Below, piece after piece: positions 19,465-28,361 of a stretch of DNA of 64,000 nt. This stretch comes from a bacterium (GTDB lineage: Bacteria > Pseudomonadota > Alphaproteobacteria > Rickettsiales > RI-342). The first letter of the stretch is position 1. Every line of letters begins with the position of its first letter. The stretch covers positions 10,157-74,156 of the forward strand of contig WGMV01000006.1 in the NCBI GenBank assembly GCA_016124905.1, in the 5' to 3' direction. The position numbers and the translations under genes are program-made. The notes beneath the pieces were generated by a model. The model searched no databases and was not told the DNA's origin. It was given only the letters and a program-made list of their open reading frames with translations.

Positions 19465-19928
19465 GCCTGGCCCCCATCTTTGGGCGCCAGGTGCAAGCGC
19501 CCACGCTCGCGCATGGCCAGCTCGCGCGCCTTGGCGGTATGCGCCGCGCAGGTTTTTGGCTCCCAGATTTCGAATAGCTGGCCTTTGCCGAGAAAGGTCA
19601 CTTCATCCTTGATACCGGCGGCATGAATCAGCGATTCCGGCAGCATGATGCGCCCTTCACCGTCAAACGGAATGGAGGTGGCGGCACCCAGGATGCTCGC
19701 CGCGAACGCATCGCGCGCATCGTCATAGGGGTCCAGCGAATCGATACTCTCGCTCAACCGTTCCATGCGGCGCATGCTGCAGGCTTCCACGCAGGGGTGG
19801 ATGAAGGACGGATAGGCGACGATGCCCTGAAAAATCTCCTGAACCAAAGCCTGCCGGAAACTGGCAGGAACCGACACGCGCCCCTTTTTATCGATCTTGT
19901 TGGTAAATGCTGAGAGAAACAGCGCCAT
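19461..19928 (-). CDS. mraZ: Transcriptional regulator MraZ
   Basis: From ATG-19928: MALFLSAFTNKIDKKGRVSVPASFR..., with a second SpoVT/AbrB-like repeat DGEGRIMLPESL. The track ORF start at 20078 runs through AT-rich promoter DNA and is unlikely to be real. Confidence 0.88.
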   Translation of the reverse strand: MALFLSAFTNKIDKKGRVSVPASFRQALVQEIFQGIVAYPSFIHPCVEACSMRRMERLSESIDSLDPYDDARDAFAASILGAATSIPFDGEGRIMLPESLIHAAGIKDEVTFLGKGQLFEIWEPKTCAAHTAKARELAMRERGRLHLAPKDGGQA

Positions 19929-19985
19929 AGGGGTGTCGAGGGGCCTGGAAGTTAGGGTGAGTTGAATAAGGATTCCATCATAGCA

Positions 19986-20052
19986 TGGGATTAAGTGGGA
20001 TAATATGGGATAAATTGGAAATATCTGGTTAATGAAACGGTAATGGTGGGAT
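19986..20052. promoter_or_regulatory. Phased TGGGAT direct repeats upstream of mraZ (candidate MraZ operator)
   Basis: TGGGAT at 19986, 19996 and 20006, and TGGAAA at 20016, with exact 10-bp phasing. A fifth GTGGGAT lies at 20046-20052. On the mraZ strand, TATGAT follows directly after the last box. Confidence 0.6.
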
Positions 20053-20180
20053 TTCCGATAAATAATTTTCTTATCCACACACCTATTTTACAAATAAACT
20101 CTGTGAATATAATCCGTTAGCCGTCACAGCATTGTAAAATAGACTTGCTAATAGGGCCTATCACCTAGCCGAGAGCCGTC

Positions 20181-20651
20181 ATGCCCATTGAAAAAGCCAT
20201 CACCACCGGCAAGCGTCTGAGCGCTTCCGTTCAGCGGGCCGATACAAAACTCAGAAATGGTGCGGTGTATGATTACATGGTGGAGCGGCTGGACCAGGCG
20301 CTGAAGTTGCTGAACACTCGCATTCAGGCCAATCTGGATGCATGGGTGGAGCAGGGTTCGCCGGAGTCGGTAACATTACCGGATTATGCAAATGAAAAAC
20401 ACGCCCTTGCGTTGCTGAAGCTTGAACTCGGCGAATGGGCCGCCGCCATGCCCGAATCCCCCGTCAAGCTGTGGGAAGCCTTCATCCCCGTTCTCTCCAT
20501 ATTTCCGGCTGATGCGGCAGAACAGCTGGAAATGGCCCGCGACCTCGCCTTTCAATGGGCGACCGCCTCCCAGCAACTCGGCCAGGCGGACAAGGCGATA
20601 GCCGACATCATCAAGACGCTGAACAAACAAACCGGCGTTATAATAGAATAA
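20181..20651 (+). CDS. Hypothetical all-helical protein (no family recognised)
   Basis: 156-aa ORF divergent from mraZ. Coding-like composition. I recognise no motif. Confidence 0.45.
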   Translation: MPIEKAITTGKRLSASVQRADTKLRNGAVYDYMVERLDQALKLLNTRIQANLDAWVEQGSPESVTLPDYANEKHALALLKLELGEWAAAMPESPVKLWEAFIPVLSIFPADAAEQLEMARDLAFQWATASQQLGQADKAIADIIKTLNKQTGVIIE

Positions 20652-20680
20652 ATACAAGCGCTATCCTCACCCCCAATAGC

Positions 20681-20841
20681 GGAGCGCAAAGCGCGACTGG
20701 GCGCGACTGCGCCCCGCCGCTTATTGCGGCGTAAAGCGAGCAACGCGAGCCAGCAAAAGGTGAAGCGCAAAGCGCGACTGGGCGCGACCGCGCCCCGCGC
20801 CTTATTGGCGCGTGTAGCGAGCAAAGCGAGCCAACCAAAGC
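20681..20841. repeat. Two tandem ~80-nt units of a two-hairpin intergenic repeat family (units A1, A2)
   Basis: A1 is 20681-20760 and A2 is 20761-20841. Each has GAGCGCAAAGCGCGACTG, hairpin 1 GGGCGC-GACY-GCGCCC, hairpin 2 (CGCCGC-TTATT-GCGGCG in A1, CGCGCC-TTATT-GGCGCG in A2), then GTRNAGCGAGCAAnGCGAGCCA. Confidence 0.85.
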
Positions 20842-20866
20842 GGCTTATCGACCATCTGGCAATAAA

Positions 20867-20889
<23 letters not shown>
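20841..20889 (-). terminator. 23-bp perfect hairpin at the 3' end of rnpB (terminator/processing structure)
   Basis: Arms 20841-20863 and 20867-20889 with a 3-nt loop. One arm is the 3' P1 strand of RNase P RNA. The trailer arm repeats the 5' P1 strand GCCAGATGGTC. Confidence 0.65.
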
Positions 20890-21236
<347 letters not shown>

Positions 21237-21241
21237 CGGGC

Positions 21242-21270
21242 ACCATAACAGTGCTATGTCGCTGGTTCAA
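21242..21270 (-). promoter_or_regulatory. rnpB promoter
   Basis: Minus strand: TTGAAC (21270-21265), a 17-nt spacer, TATGGT (21247-21242), then 6-7 nt to the first P1 nucleotide. Confidence 0.65.
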
Positions 21271-21284
21271 TGACAGGAATAAAT

Positions 21285-22076
21285 ATGAAAACCCAGCCAT
21301 CCACCAAAAAAGCCGAAGGTCGCGAACGCATCGCCAAACGCATGGCCCGCGCGGGCCTTTGCTCGCGGCGCGAGGCCGAGGCCTGGATTGAGCAGGGCCG
21401 CGTGAGCGTGGATGGCAAAACCATCAAAAGCCCCGCGCTGGATGTGGGGCCGGAAAGCGTTATCACCGTAGACGGCAAACCCCTGGCAGGCGCCGAGCAG
21501 ACGCGCCTCTGGCTCTACCACAAGCCCCGCGGCCTGGTCACCACCAACCGCGATCCCGAAGGCCGCCCCACCGTGTTTGACCATCTCCCTCCCGGCATGC
21601 CCCGCACCATGTCCGTCGGGCGGCTGGACATGGATTCCGAAGGCCTGCTGCTGCTCACCAATGACGGCGAACTTGCCCGCGCGCTGGAGCTTCCCGCCAC
21701 CGGCTGGATCCGCCGCTACCGCGTGCGCATCTACAGCACCCCTACGCCTGAAACCATCGCCAAGCTGGCAAAAGGTGTCACGGTGGAAGACGTTCGCTAC
21801 GGCCCCATCAAGGTGCAGCTGGAAGACAAACCCACCCCCAAGGATCAACCTAAAGGCCGCAATATCTGGGTGAACGTAACCCTCAGCGAAGGCAAAAACC
21901 GCGAAATCCGTCGCGTGTTCGAGCATGTCGGCCACCCGGTGAGCCGCCTCATCCGCGTGGGCTACGGCGCTTTCACCCTGGGCAACCTGCCCGAAGGCCA
22001 GGTGAAAGAAATCAGCGGCAAAGTCCTGCGTGAACAATGCGGTGCATTGCTGAAAAGGACACCTAAAAAAGAATAG
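21285..22076 (+). CDS. rluB: RsuA/RluB-family pseudouridine synthase with S4 domain
   Basis: S4 domain (RIAKRMARAGLCSRREAEAWIEQGRVSVDG) and catalytic motif GRLDMDSEGLLLLTNDGELA. AGGAA precedes ATG-21285. Confidence 0.8.
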   Translation: MKTQPSTKKAEGRERIAKRMARAGLCSRREAEAWIEQGRVSVDGKTIKSPALDVGPESVITVDGKPLAGAEQTRLWLYHKPRGLVTTNRDPEGRPTVFDHLPPGMPRTMSVGRLDMDSEGLLLLTNDGELARALELPATGWIRRYRVRIYSTPTPETIAKLAKGVTVEDVRYGPIKVQLEDKPTPKDQPKGRNIWVNVTLSEGKNREIRRVFEHVGHPVSRLIRVGYGAFTLGNLPEGQVKEISGKVLREQCGALLKRTPKKE

Positions 22077-22109
22077 ATCCGCTTTCTTGGCGAGGTCCGA
22101 GCCTAGAAA

Positions 22110-22140
22110 GCCGTCATCCCGGACTTGATCCGGGATCCAG
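22110..22140. repeat. Alphaproteobacterial GTCATCC...GGGATC REP-like hairpin
   Basis: CGTCATCCCGGACTTGATCCGGGATCC. The stem is ATCCCGGA (22116-22123) / TCCGGGAT (22129-22136). It lies between convergent genes. Confidence 0.75.
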
Positions 22141-22171
22141 CGGCAGAACACCAGATTGGGATGTTGGCTTT

Positions 22172-24304
22172 TTACCCGCTAAACGCCTTCAAAACCGAAA
22201 ATAATCCGCCCGGCGGGCTCTCGGCAATAACAAACGGCTCATCATGCCGGATGCTGAGATTGCCCTGCAGCCGCATGGCCTCCATCGACGTGTAAAACAA
22301 ATGCCGGATGCCTTCGCCCACATCGCTTTCCAATGGCCTTTGCGTGCGAATGGTGAGGGAGAACTGCTTCCGGCTGGATTCCGTATTGGGCAGTTCCACA
22401 CCCTGCGCCCATTGCTTATAAAACCCGTCCAGCTGCATCGGCCCGAAATGCGACAGGTTGAGGTCCACCATGAACCGGTGCCCCTCCATCCCGTTCTCCG
22501 CCTTTTTCGATTGCTTGCGGAAATACATCGACACCGGCTCGATCTCATCCTGAAACCACATGGGCATCATGGCTGATTGCCAGGGCTGATCCGCCGACTG
22601 CTGCCATTGCTGCTGCAGCGTGTGCACGTCGCGCGTCAGCTTGGTAGCCAGTTCCGGGCTGCTGTGCTGAAGAATCTTCATCACCTCTTCGCCGGGCCAG
22701 TCGTCGGTTCCCTTGCCGTTTAACGCCTGCAAAAAAAACAGGCTGGCAGGCAGCAGCTTCGCGCCGATCTGCGGCAAACGCTGCTGGATGAAATGGTTCG
22801 ATACCGGTGATTCCAGCTTCTGCAGCAACTGCACCGCTTCCTGCAGCGCGGGCCATCGCACATTCCCATCTTGCGGTAAGGGCAAACTCGGCTGCAGGGA
22901 TACCGCATTCGGCAGGGGCATGAATTCCACCGCCAGCCCCATGCCCGGTGGCGGCGCGGGCAGCGGCATGGTCTGCCACGTGCCGACGGGTGTGGCCATG
23001 CTGCTGTTGGGAAGCGCCGCCGTTGCCGCCGCCTGTGTGGGCACGGGTGTGCCCGCCACGGAAGGGGTAGCCACGGGTGTTACAGGCCAAAGGTTTGGCG
23101 GCAGCGAAGGTGTGGCGGCAAAGGATGGGGCAGGCGGCATGCCTGCAGGTGAAGCGGTGCCGGTCATTGGGTTCGGTACGGCAGCCATGGCGGGTGTCGT
23201 AGCGGGAACGGCATTCGCTGCGGGCAACGGGCTTCCGCTCTGCGCTGCCACTGGTGCGGCGGGAAGCGGCGTGGCGGTGGCGACGACTTGCCCCGGCACA
23301 GCGGCAGGCTGTGTGGCTGGTTGCATGCCGGGTGAAATGGTCGCCTGACCGGGCGCGGGTGCAAATGGCAGGGCAGCTGCCGTGCCTAGCTGCGGTACGG
23401 TCGGTAACGTGCTTTGCGGCATACCGGGCAGGGAAGGCATAAGCGGCGCGGCCATGGCAGGCGGTGCGGGCATGCCGGGTTGCGCACCGCCCGGCAGCGG
23501 CGCTTGCACGGTGGGCATGGCGGTGGTTTGGCCCGACTGCACCGGCATGGTAGCCATAGCGGGCGAGGAGGAGGCCGGCATGGTCGGCGCAGGCACAAAG
23601 AATACCCGCATCAGCAATTGCATGCCGGGGCTCAGCACCGCAGGTAGGCGCGGTTGCGCCGTGGCCGCAGCGGGCAGGGAAGCCTGCATAACGGGCATCT
23701 GCTCCACGAATTTTTGCCACGCCTGCTGCTGCGGCGCATCCGCTTCCATCAGCTGCGCGGGCGCCACCAATACGGGCTTCACCCCACCTGGCAATGGCAT
23801 ATCCAGCGGCACGGGTGGTTTCAGTTTATTGTACGGAAGGGCCGTGGTGGTGGTCGGCAGCGGAATCTCCACCTCACCGGGCGTGATGATGGCAGGCGGC
23901 GTGCCCTTGCTGGTGGTGGCTTCCATCAGCTTTTCCACCGGCACGCTGGCCACGCTCACAAGCCGCGCGGCCAATCCCTGCGGTGTACGTTCAAGCTTCA
24001 CTTCCACCGGCGTGTTGGGCTGCAAAAACTGCTGCAGTTGCGGTGGTGGCTTCAGGGTGATGGTGCCTTGCGGCAGGCTCAGGCGCACCGTTTCGCTGCC
24101 GCCCGCGCCCGGCCGGTTGACGGGCGATTGCGGGTTCAGCGGGTCGCGCGGCGTAACGATGGCATCCAGGATTTTACCGATGGGCAAATCGGTCGGCAAA
24201 TCCCCAACGGGCATGCCCGGCTGCCCGGCAATCTGCGTCTGCAGCTGCGTCAACTGGCCGCTGATATTGGTGATGGCCAGCAGCGGTAACGGGGCGCTGA
24301 CCAT
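22172..24304 (-). CDS. Pro/Ala/Met-rich flagellar-cluster protein with a FliK-like C-terminal domain (possible hook-length control protein)
   Basis: 710 aa with a ~300-aa low-complexity P/A/T/M/Q core. The C-terminal ~130 aa (RFMVDLNLSHFGPMQLDGFY...FSLTIRTQRPLESDVGEGIRHLFYTSMEAMRLQGNLSI) follows the Flg_hook/FliK pattern. The start lies 9 nt after the flhG stop, with AGGAG spanning that stop codon. Confidence 0.4.
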   Translation of the reverse strand: MVSAPLPLLAITNISGQLTQLQTQIAGQPGMPVGDLPTDLPIGKILDAIVTPRDPLNPQSPVNRPGAGGSETVRLSLPQGTITLKPPPQLQQFLQPNTPVEVKLERTPQGLAARLVSVASVPVEKLMEATTSKGTPPAIITPGEVEIPLPTTTTALPYNKLKPPVPLDMPLPGGVKPVLVAPAQLMEADAPQQQAWQKFVEQMPVMQASLPAAATAQPRLPAVLSPGMQLLMRVFFVPAPTMPASSSPAMATMPVQSGQTTAMPTVQAPLPGGAQPGMPAPPAMAAPLMPSLPGMPQSTLPTVPQLGTAAALPFAPAPGQATISPGMQPATQPAAVPGQVVATATPLPAAPVAAQSGSPLPAANAVPATTPAMAAVPNPMTGTASPAGMPPAPSFAATPSLPPNLWPVTPVATPSVAGTPVPTQAAATAALPNSSMATPVGTWQTMPLPAPPPGMGLAVEFMPLPNAVSLQPSLPLPQDGNVRWPALQEAVQLLQKLESPVSNHFIQQRLPQIGAKLLPASLFFLQALNGKGTDDWPGEEVMKILQHSSPELATKLTRDVHTLQQQWQQSADQPWQSAMMPMWFQDEIEPVSMYFRKQSKKAENGMEGHRFMVDLNLSHFGPMQLDGFYKQWAQGVELPNTESSRKQFSLTIRTQRPLESDVGEGIRHLFYTSMEAMRLQGNLSIRHDEPFVIAESPPGGLFSVLKAFSG

Positions 24305-24313
24305 ACGCGTCTC

Positions 24314-25096
24314 CTACTTCGCCATCAGCTTCACGGCCAGCGCCGCGGCATCGGTCGCCGCCAGCGTGCTGGGCGAGCGGGTGATGAGCGATGTCTGGTT
24401 ACGGATGGCGTCTTTCACCTTCGGGTCGCGCCGGATGACGGCGGCCAGCGGTGGTGTGAAGCGTAAAAAATTCGCGCAGGCCGTGCTGATGGCGCCGTAA
24501 GTTTTCTCGCCTTCCTTCTTGTTGCCCGCCTGGTTCACCACCACCTGAATATCTACATGCGGGTGCTCGCGCTTGCACAGCTTGATGAAGGCATAGGCAT
24601 CCGTCAGCGAGGTCGGCTCGTCGGTGATCACCATCACAAGGCGCGACGCCATGCCAGCCAGGAAGCGCACATGGCTTTCCACCCCCGCGCCCAGATCCAG
24701 CAGTACCACGTCATAGTTCGGGGCGATCTTATACAGGTCCCGCCCGAACTGGCGCATCCTGTCCAGCCCCACATTGTTCAACAGGCCCGATCCGCTCCGC
24801 CCCGCGATCACGTCGAAGTTCCCCTCGTCATACTGCGTGATGCAATCCTTCAGCTCGGCCTTGCCCTGCATGTAGGTGTTTAGGTCGCGCGTGGGGGTAA
24901 TGCCAAGCTGCACATCCACGTTGGCCAGCCCGATATCGCCGTCGAACAGCAGCACCCTGCGCCCCGAGCGCGAGATAAGGTGCGACAGCGTTGCCGAAAG
25001 CCACGTCTTGCCGACGCCGCCCTTGCCGGAGGCGATCGCCACCAGATTATTCGGCGTGCGAGCCGTTGCTGGCGGAGTGGAGAGTTCCATCGTCAT
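24314..25096 (-). CDS. flhG: MinD/ParA-type flagellar number regulator FlhG (FleN/YlxH)
   Basis: Deviant Walker A IASGKGGVGKT. 260 aa from ATG-25096, which overlaps the flhF stop (ATGA). The long N-terminal extension in the track ORF overlaps flhF and is rejected. Confidence 0.8.
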   Translation of the reverse strand: MTMELSTPPATARTPNNLVAIASGKGGVGKTWLSATLSHLISRSGRRVLLFDGDIGLANVDVQLGITPTRDLNTYMQGKAELKDCITQYDEGNFDVIAGRSGSGLLNNVGLDRMRQFGRDLYKIAPNYDVVLLDLGAGVESHVRFLAGMASRLVMVITDEPTSLTDAYAFIKLCKREHPHVDIQVVVNQAGNKKEGEKTYGAISTACANFLRFTPPLAAVIRRDPKVKDAIRNQTSLITRSPSTLAATDAAALAVKLMAK

Positions 25097-26235
25097 GGCG
25101 CTACCTTTTGGGTTACATTGCTGTGGAGAAGAATTTTGGCCAGCCGTTCCGGCGTCACGGGGTCGAGCCCGTCCACCGCGCCCGCATGGCGGCTGAAATG
25201 GCTGAAGGCGAGGTTGCCCGCGTGCGCCGCCGTCAGGATGCCGCCATAGCGCCGTGCCGTGTCGATTTTGGTGACGATCAGCTTCTGCGTGCCGAGATAG
25301 GCGAAATTGCTGGCGATATCCGCCGCGTCCAGCCCGTCCATGCCCGCATGGCACACCAGCACGGGCTCAATGTCGTGGCAGCTGATGAACTGGCCGAGCG
25401 TTTTCAGCTCATCGGTATCGTAAGGGTTATATCCCGCCGTATCGATGATCACCGCATGGCGCGGCACCAGCTTGTCGATGGTGGCGGCCAGCTCCTTCGG
25501 CGTTTCCGCCACATGCAGGGTGAGGCCGAGAATGTCGGTAAAGGCCTGCAGCTGTTCGATGCCGCCGGCCTTGTGGCTGTCGGTGGTGATGACGGCGATG
25601 GGGATCTTCTTCAGCATCGCGCTGGTCACCATTTTGGCCACCGTCATGGTCTTGCCCACGCCCGGCGGGCCGATCAGCATCACCGGCGTCTCGCCCGGCA
25701 GCAGTTGCACGGGGTCGTAATCGAACGCCTGCGCCAGCAGGGTCAGCACCAGCTTGCCCGGGTTTGTGCCGTTCAGCCGTTCCGCCTGGCCGATAAGCTG
25801 GCGAATCAGATAGCCCGGGCAGTTATGGTAATTCAGCACCTTGGAAAGCGCCCTGAGCGCCTCCAGCTGCCCGTCATGCATGCCGACAGGGTGGGGTTCC
25901 GGTTCGGGTTTTGCCGCCGGTTTGGCTGCTTTAGCTTTGGCTGCTGCTGCCTTGGTGGCCTTGGCCAGCTTCTCGGGAATGGTTGTCTGCATCGCCGCCA
26001 GCAGCGCTTTCGCCACATCCTCTGCCGTCTTGTCGGTAATGGTTGGGGCGGCGGGCTGTGGCGTGGCCACCAGCACCTCGTCATCCTCGCTGGCTTCCAG
26101 CGCGGCCACCACCTGCACGCCGCCGCCGCCCGGCAGGCGCGTGGTGGAAATAATCACCGCGTCATCACCCAGACTCTCGCGGATCTGCTTCATCACCTCA
26201 TTCACCGAGGCCCCATGAAAATTCTTTACCCGCAT
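25093..26235 (-). CDS. flhF: Flagellar biosynthesis SRP-type GTPase FlhF
   Basis: N-terminus MRVKNFHGASVNEVMKQIRESLGDDAVII. G1 is GPPGVGKTMT, G3 is IIDTAGYN and G4 is VTKIDT. Confidence 0.85.
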   Translation of the reverse strand: MRVKNFHGASVNEVMKQIRESLGDDAVIISTTRLPGGGGVQVVAALEASEDDEVLVATPQPAAPTITDKTAEDVAKALLAAMQTTIPEKLAKATKAAAAKAKAAKPAAKPEPEPHPVGMHDGQLEALRALSKVLNYHNCPGYLIRQLIGQAERLNGTNPGKLVLTLLAQAFDYDPVQLLPGETPVMLIGPPGVGKTMTVAKMVTSAMLKKIPIAVITTDSHKAGGIEQLQAFTDILGLTLHVAETPKELAATIDKLVPRHAVIIDTAGYNPYDTDELKTLGQFISCHDIEPVLVCHAGMDGLDAADIASNFAYLGTQKLIVTKIDTARRYGGILTAAHAGNLAFSHFSRHAGAVDGLDPVTPERLAKILLHSNVTQKVAP

Positions 26236-26249
26236 ACAAACCTATCTCC

Positions 26250-28361
26250 CTAACCCAATTGCCCCAGGGTTTTGATTTTTGCCTTCGAGTGAACCTCGTT
26301 TTGCGACAGCACCACGATACTCGGCCGGAAGCGCTCGATGATCGAGCGCACATAGGGCCGTACCATGGGGCTGGTTAACAATACGGGCATGGAGCCCTGC
26401 ATGGCAAGCTCGTCGAAAATCTTGCGTACGCTGCCGATAAATTCCTGAATTTTGCTCGGGGCCATGGCCAGCTGCCGGTCCTCACCGTTGCCGGAAAGAG
26501 ACTTGGCGAATTCTTCCTCCCATCGCGGCGCCAGCGTCACCAGCGGCAGGAAGCCGTCATTCAGCGAAAGCTGGTGGCATATCTGCCGCGCCAGCCGTGC
26601 GCGCACATGCTCAGTGATCAGCACGATATTGCTGGTGGAGCGCACCACCTCGGCAATCGCTTCCAATATTCCCGGCAGATCGCGGATGGAGATATGCTCA
26701 CTCAGCAGGTTCTGAAGCACACGCTGCAATGTGCCGATGGTGATCTGCGCGGGTACCAGGTCGGCCACCAGTTTCTGATGTTCCTTATCCAGGTCGTTCA
26801 GCAGTTTCTGCGTCTCGGAGTAGGAGAGCAGGTCGGCCATGTTATCCTTGATGACCTCGGTGATGTGGGTGGTGATCACTGTCGGCGGGTCCACCACCGT
26901 GTAATTCTTGAACACCGCCTCCTCGCGGTAATCCTCGGTGATCCACATGGCCGGCAGGCCGAAGGTCGGCTCGTGCGTGGCCTCACCGGGAATTTGGATT
27001 TTCTCGCCCGAAGGGTTCATCACCAGCAGCATGTCCGGCCGCACCTCGCCGCGCGCGCATTCAATGTCCTTCACTTTCAGCACATAGCTGTTGGCGGGTA
27101 ATTGCATATTGTCCTGAATGCGCACCGGCGACATCACGAAGCCGAACTCACGGGCGATCTGCTTGCGCAGCGCCTTGATCTGTTCCGTCAGGCGGTGGCC
27201 TTTCTGGTAATTGATCAGCGGCAGCAGCCCGTAACCCAGCTCCAGCTTAAGCGCGTCGATATGCAGCACATTGCTGATGGGCTCCTCTTCCGGCTTGGCG
27301 GGCTGGGCGCTCTTGGCTGCGGTTTCCGCCTCGGCGACTTTTTTCACCTTGTTGGCCTGGTAAGAGAAAAAGCCGAACCCGCCGATGATGCTGGCCAGAA
27401 TCAGAAACGGCGTGGCGGGCAGGGCGGGAATCATGGCCATGGAGGCCAGCACGCCCGATGTCATGTACATCGTCTTGGGATTGGCGCTTAATTGCTCAAA
27501 TACCGCCTTATCGGCGGAACCTTTCGTGCCCGCCTTGGTCACCAGCATACCCGCGCCGATGGACACCACAATGGCCGGCACCTGCGCCACCAGCCCGTCG
27601 CCCACCGTCAGGATGGTGTAGCTGTTCAGCGCTTCTTCAAACGTAATATCCCGCTGCACCATCCCGATGATCATGCCGCCGATGAAGTTGATGAAGGTAA
27701 TGATGAGGCCCGCGATGGCATCCCCGCGCACGAATTTGCTCGCACCGTCCATCGCCCCGTAGAAGGTGTTTTCATCTTCCAGGTCCTTGCGGCGCTTGCG
27801 GGCCGTTTCCTCATCGATCAGCCCGGCGGATAAATCGGCGTCGATCGCCATCTGTTTGCCCGGCATGGCGTCCAGGCTGAAACGTGCCGATACCTCGGCG
27901 ATACGGCCTGAACCTTTGGTGATCACCACGAAGTTGATGAGGGTAAGGATGGCGAACACGATGATACCCACCACCACCGATCCGCCCATCACGAAACTGC
28001 CGAATGCCTGGATGATATGCCCCGCCGATTCCGGCCCCTCATGCCCGTGCGAAAGGATCAGGCGTGTGGAAGCGATGTTGAGCGAAAGTCGGAACATCGT
28101 CACCACCAGCAAAATGGTAGGGAAGGAGTTCAAATCCAGCGGCCGTTCCACGAACACCACCGTCATCAGCACCACCACCGAGCAGGTGATGGAAAGGCCG
28201 AGCAGGAAATCCAGCAGCCAGGTCGGCACTGGAAACAGCAGCACCGTCAGAATGCCGATAATGCCCAGGGCAAAGATAATATCGCCGCGAATAGGAAATT
28301 TCTTCAGCGCCTCACTGGCTGAAAAGGGAACTGGCAATGCTGCTTTCTGGGCCGTTGCCAA
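26250..28361 (-). CDS. flhA: Flagellar type III export apparatus protein FlhA
   Basis: 703 aa. N-terminal polytopic domain plus a cytoplasmic C-terminal domain typical of the FlhA/InvA family. TTG start with GGAG 9 nt upstream. Confidence 0.9.
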   Translation of the reverse strand: MATAQKAALPVPFSASEALKKFPIRGDIIFALGIIGILTVLLFPVPTWLLDFLLGLSITCSVVVLMTVVFVERPLDLNSFPTILLVVTMFRLSLNIASTRLILSHGHEGPESAGHIIQAFGSFVMGGSVVVGIIVFAILTLINFVVITKGSGRIAEVSARFSLDAMPGKQMAIDADLSAGLIDEETARKRRKDLEDENTFYGAMDGASKFVRGDAIAGLIITFINFIGGMIIGMVQRDITFEEALNSYTILTVGDGLVAQVPAIVVSIGAGMLVTKAGTKGSADKAVFEQLSANPKTMYMTSGVLASMAMIPALPATPFLILASIIGGFGFFSYQANKVKKVAEAETAAKSAQPAKPEEEPISNVLHIDALKLELGYGLLPLINYQKGHRLTEQIKALRKQIAREFGFVMSPVRIQDNMQLPANSYVLKVKDIECARGEVRPDMLLVMNPSGEKIQIPGEATHEPTFGLPAMWITEDYREEAVFKNYTVVDPPTVITTHITEVIKDNMADLLSYSETQKLLNDLDKEHQKLVADLVPAQITIGTLQRVLQNLLSEHISIRDLPGILEAIAEVVRSTSNIVLITEHVRARLARQICHQLSLNDGFLPLVTLAPRWEEEFAKSLSGNGEDRQLAMAPSKIQEFIGSVRKIFDELAMQGSMPVLLTSPMVRPYVRSIIERFRPSIVVLSQNEVHSKAKIKTLGQLG

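Noticed and set aside
20681-20841. Possible CRISPR array (repeated GC-rich palindromic units)
   Set aside because: There are only two directly abutting ~80-nt units, with no unique spacers, no leader and no cas genes. Copies at other loci are single or paired.
22545-24500. Large ORFs overlapping the Pro-rich gene (391 aa on the minus strand in another frame, 372 and 211 aa on the plus strand)
   Set aside because: The low-complexity GC-rich repeat DNA keeps several frames open. Only the 710-aa frame has a proper RBS, coupling to flhG and a structured C-terminal domain.
24991-26253. 420-aa plus-strand ORF opposite flhF and flhG. The same applies to 31924-33597 (557 aa opposite fliG and fliF) and 59998-61059 (the 5' part of the 621-aa ORF opposite purL)
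   Set aside because: These are antisense shadows of genes with clear family motifs. For the 621-aa ORF, only the part from 61060 onward (the SNase protein with its signal peptide) is credible.
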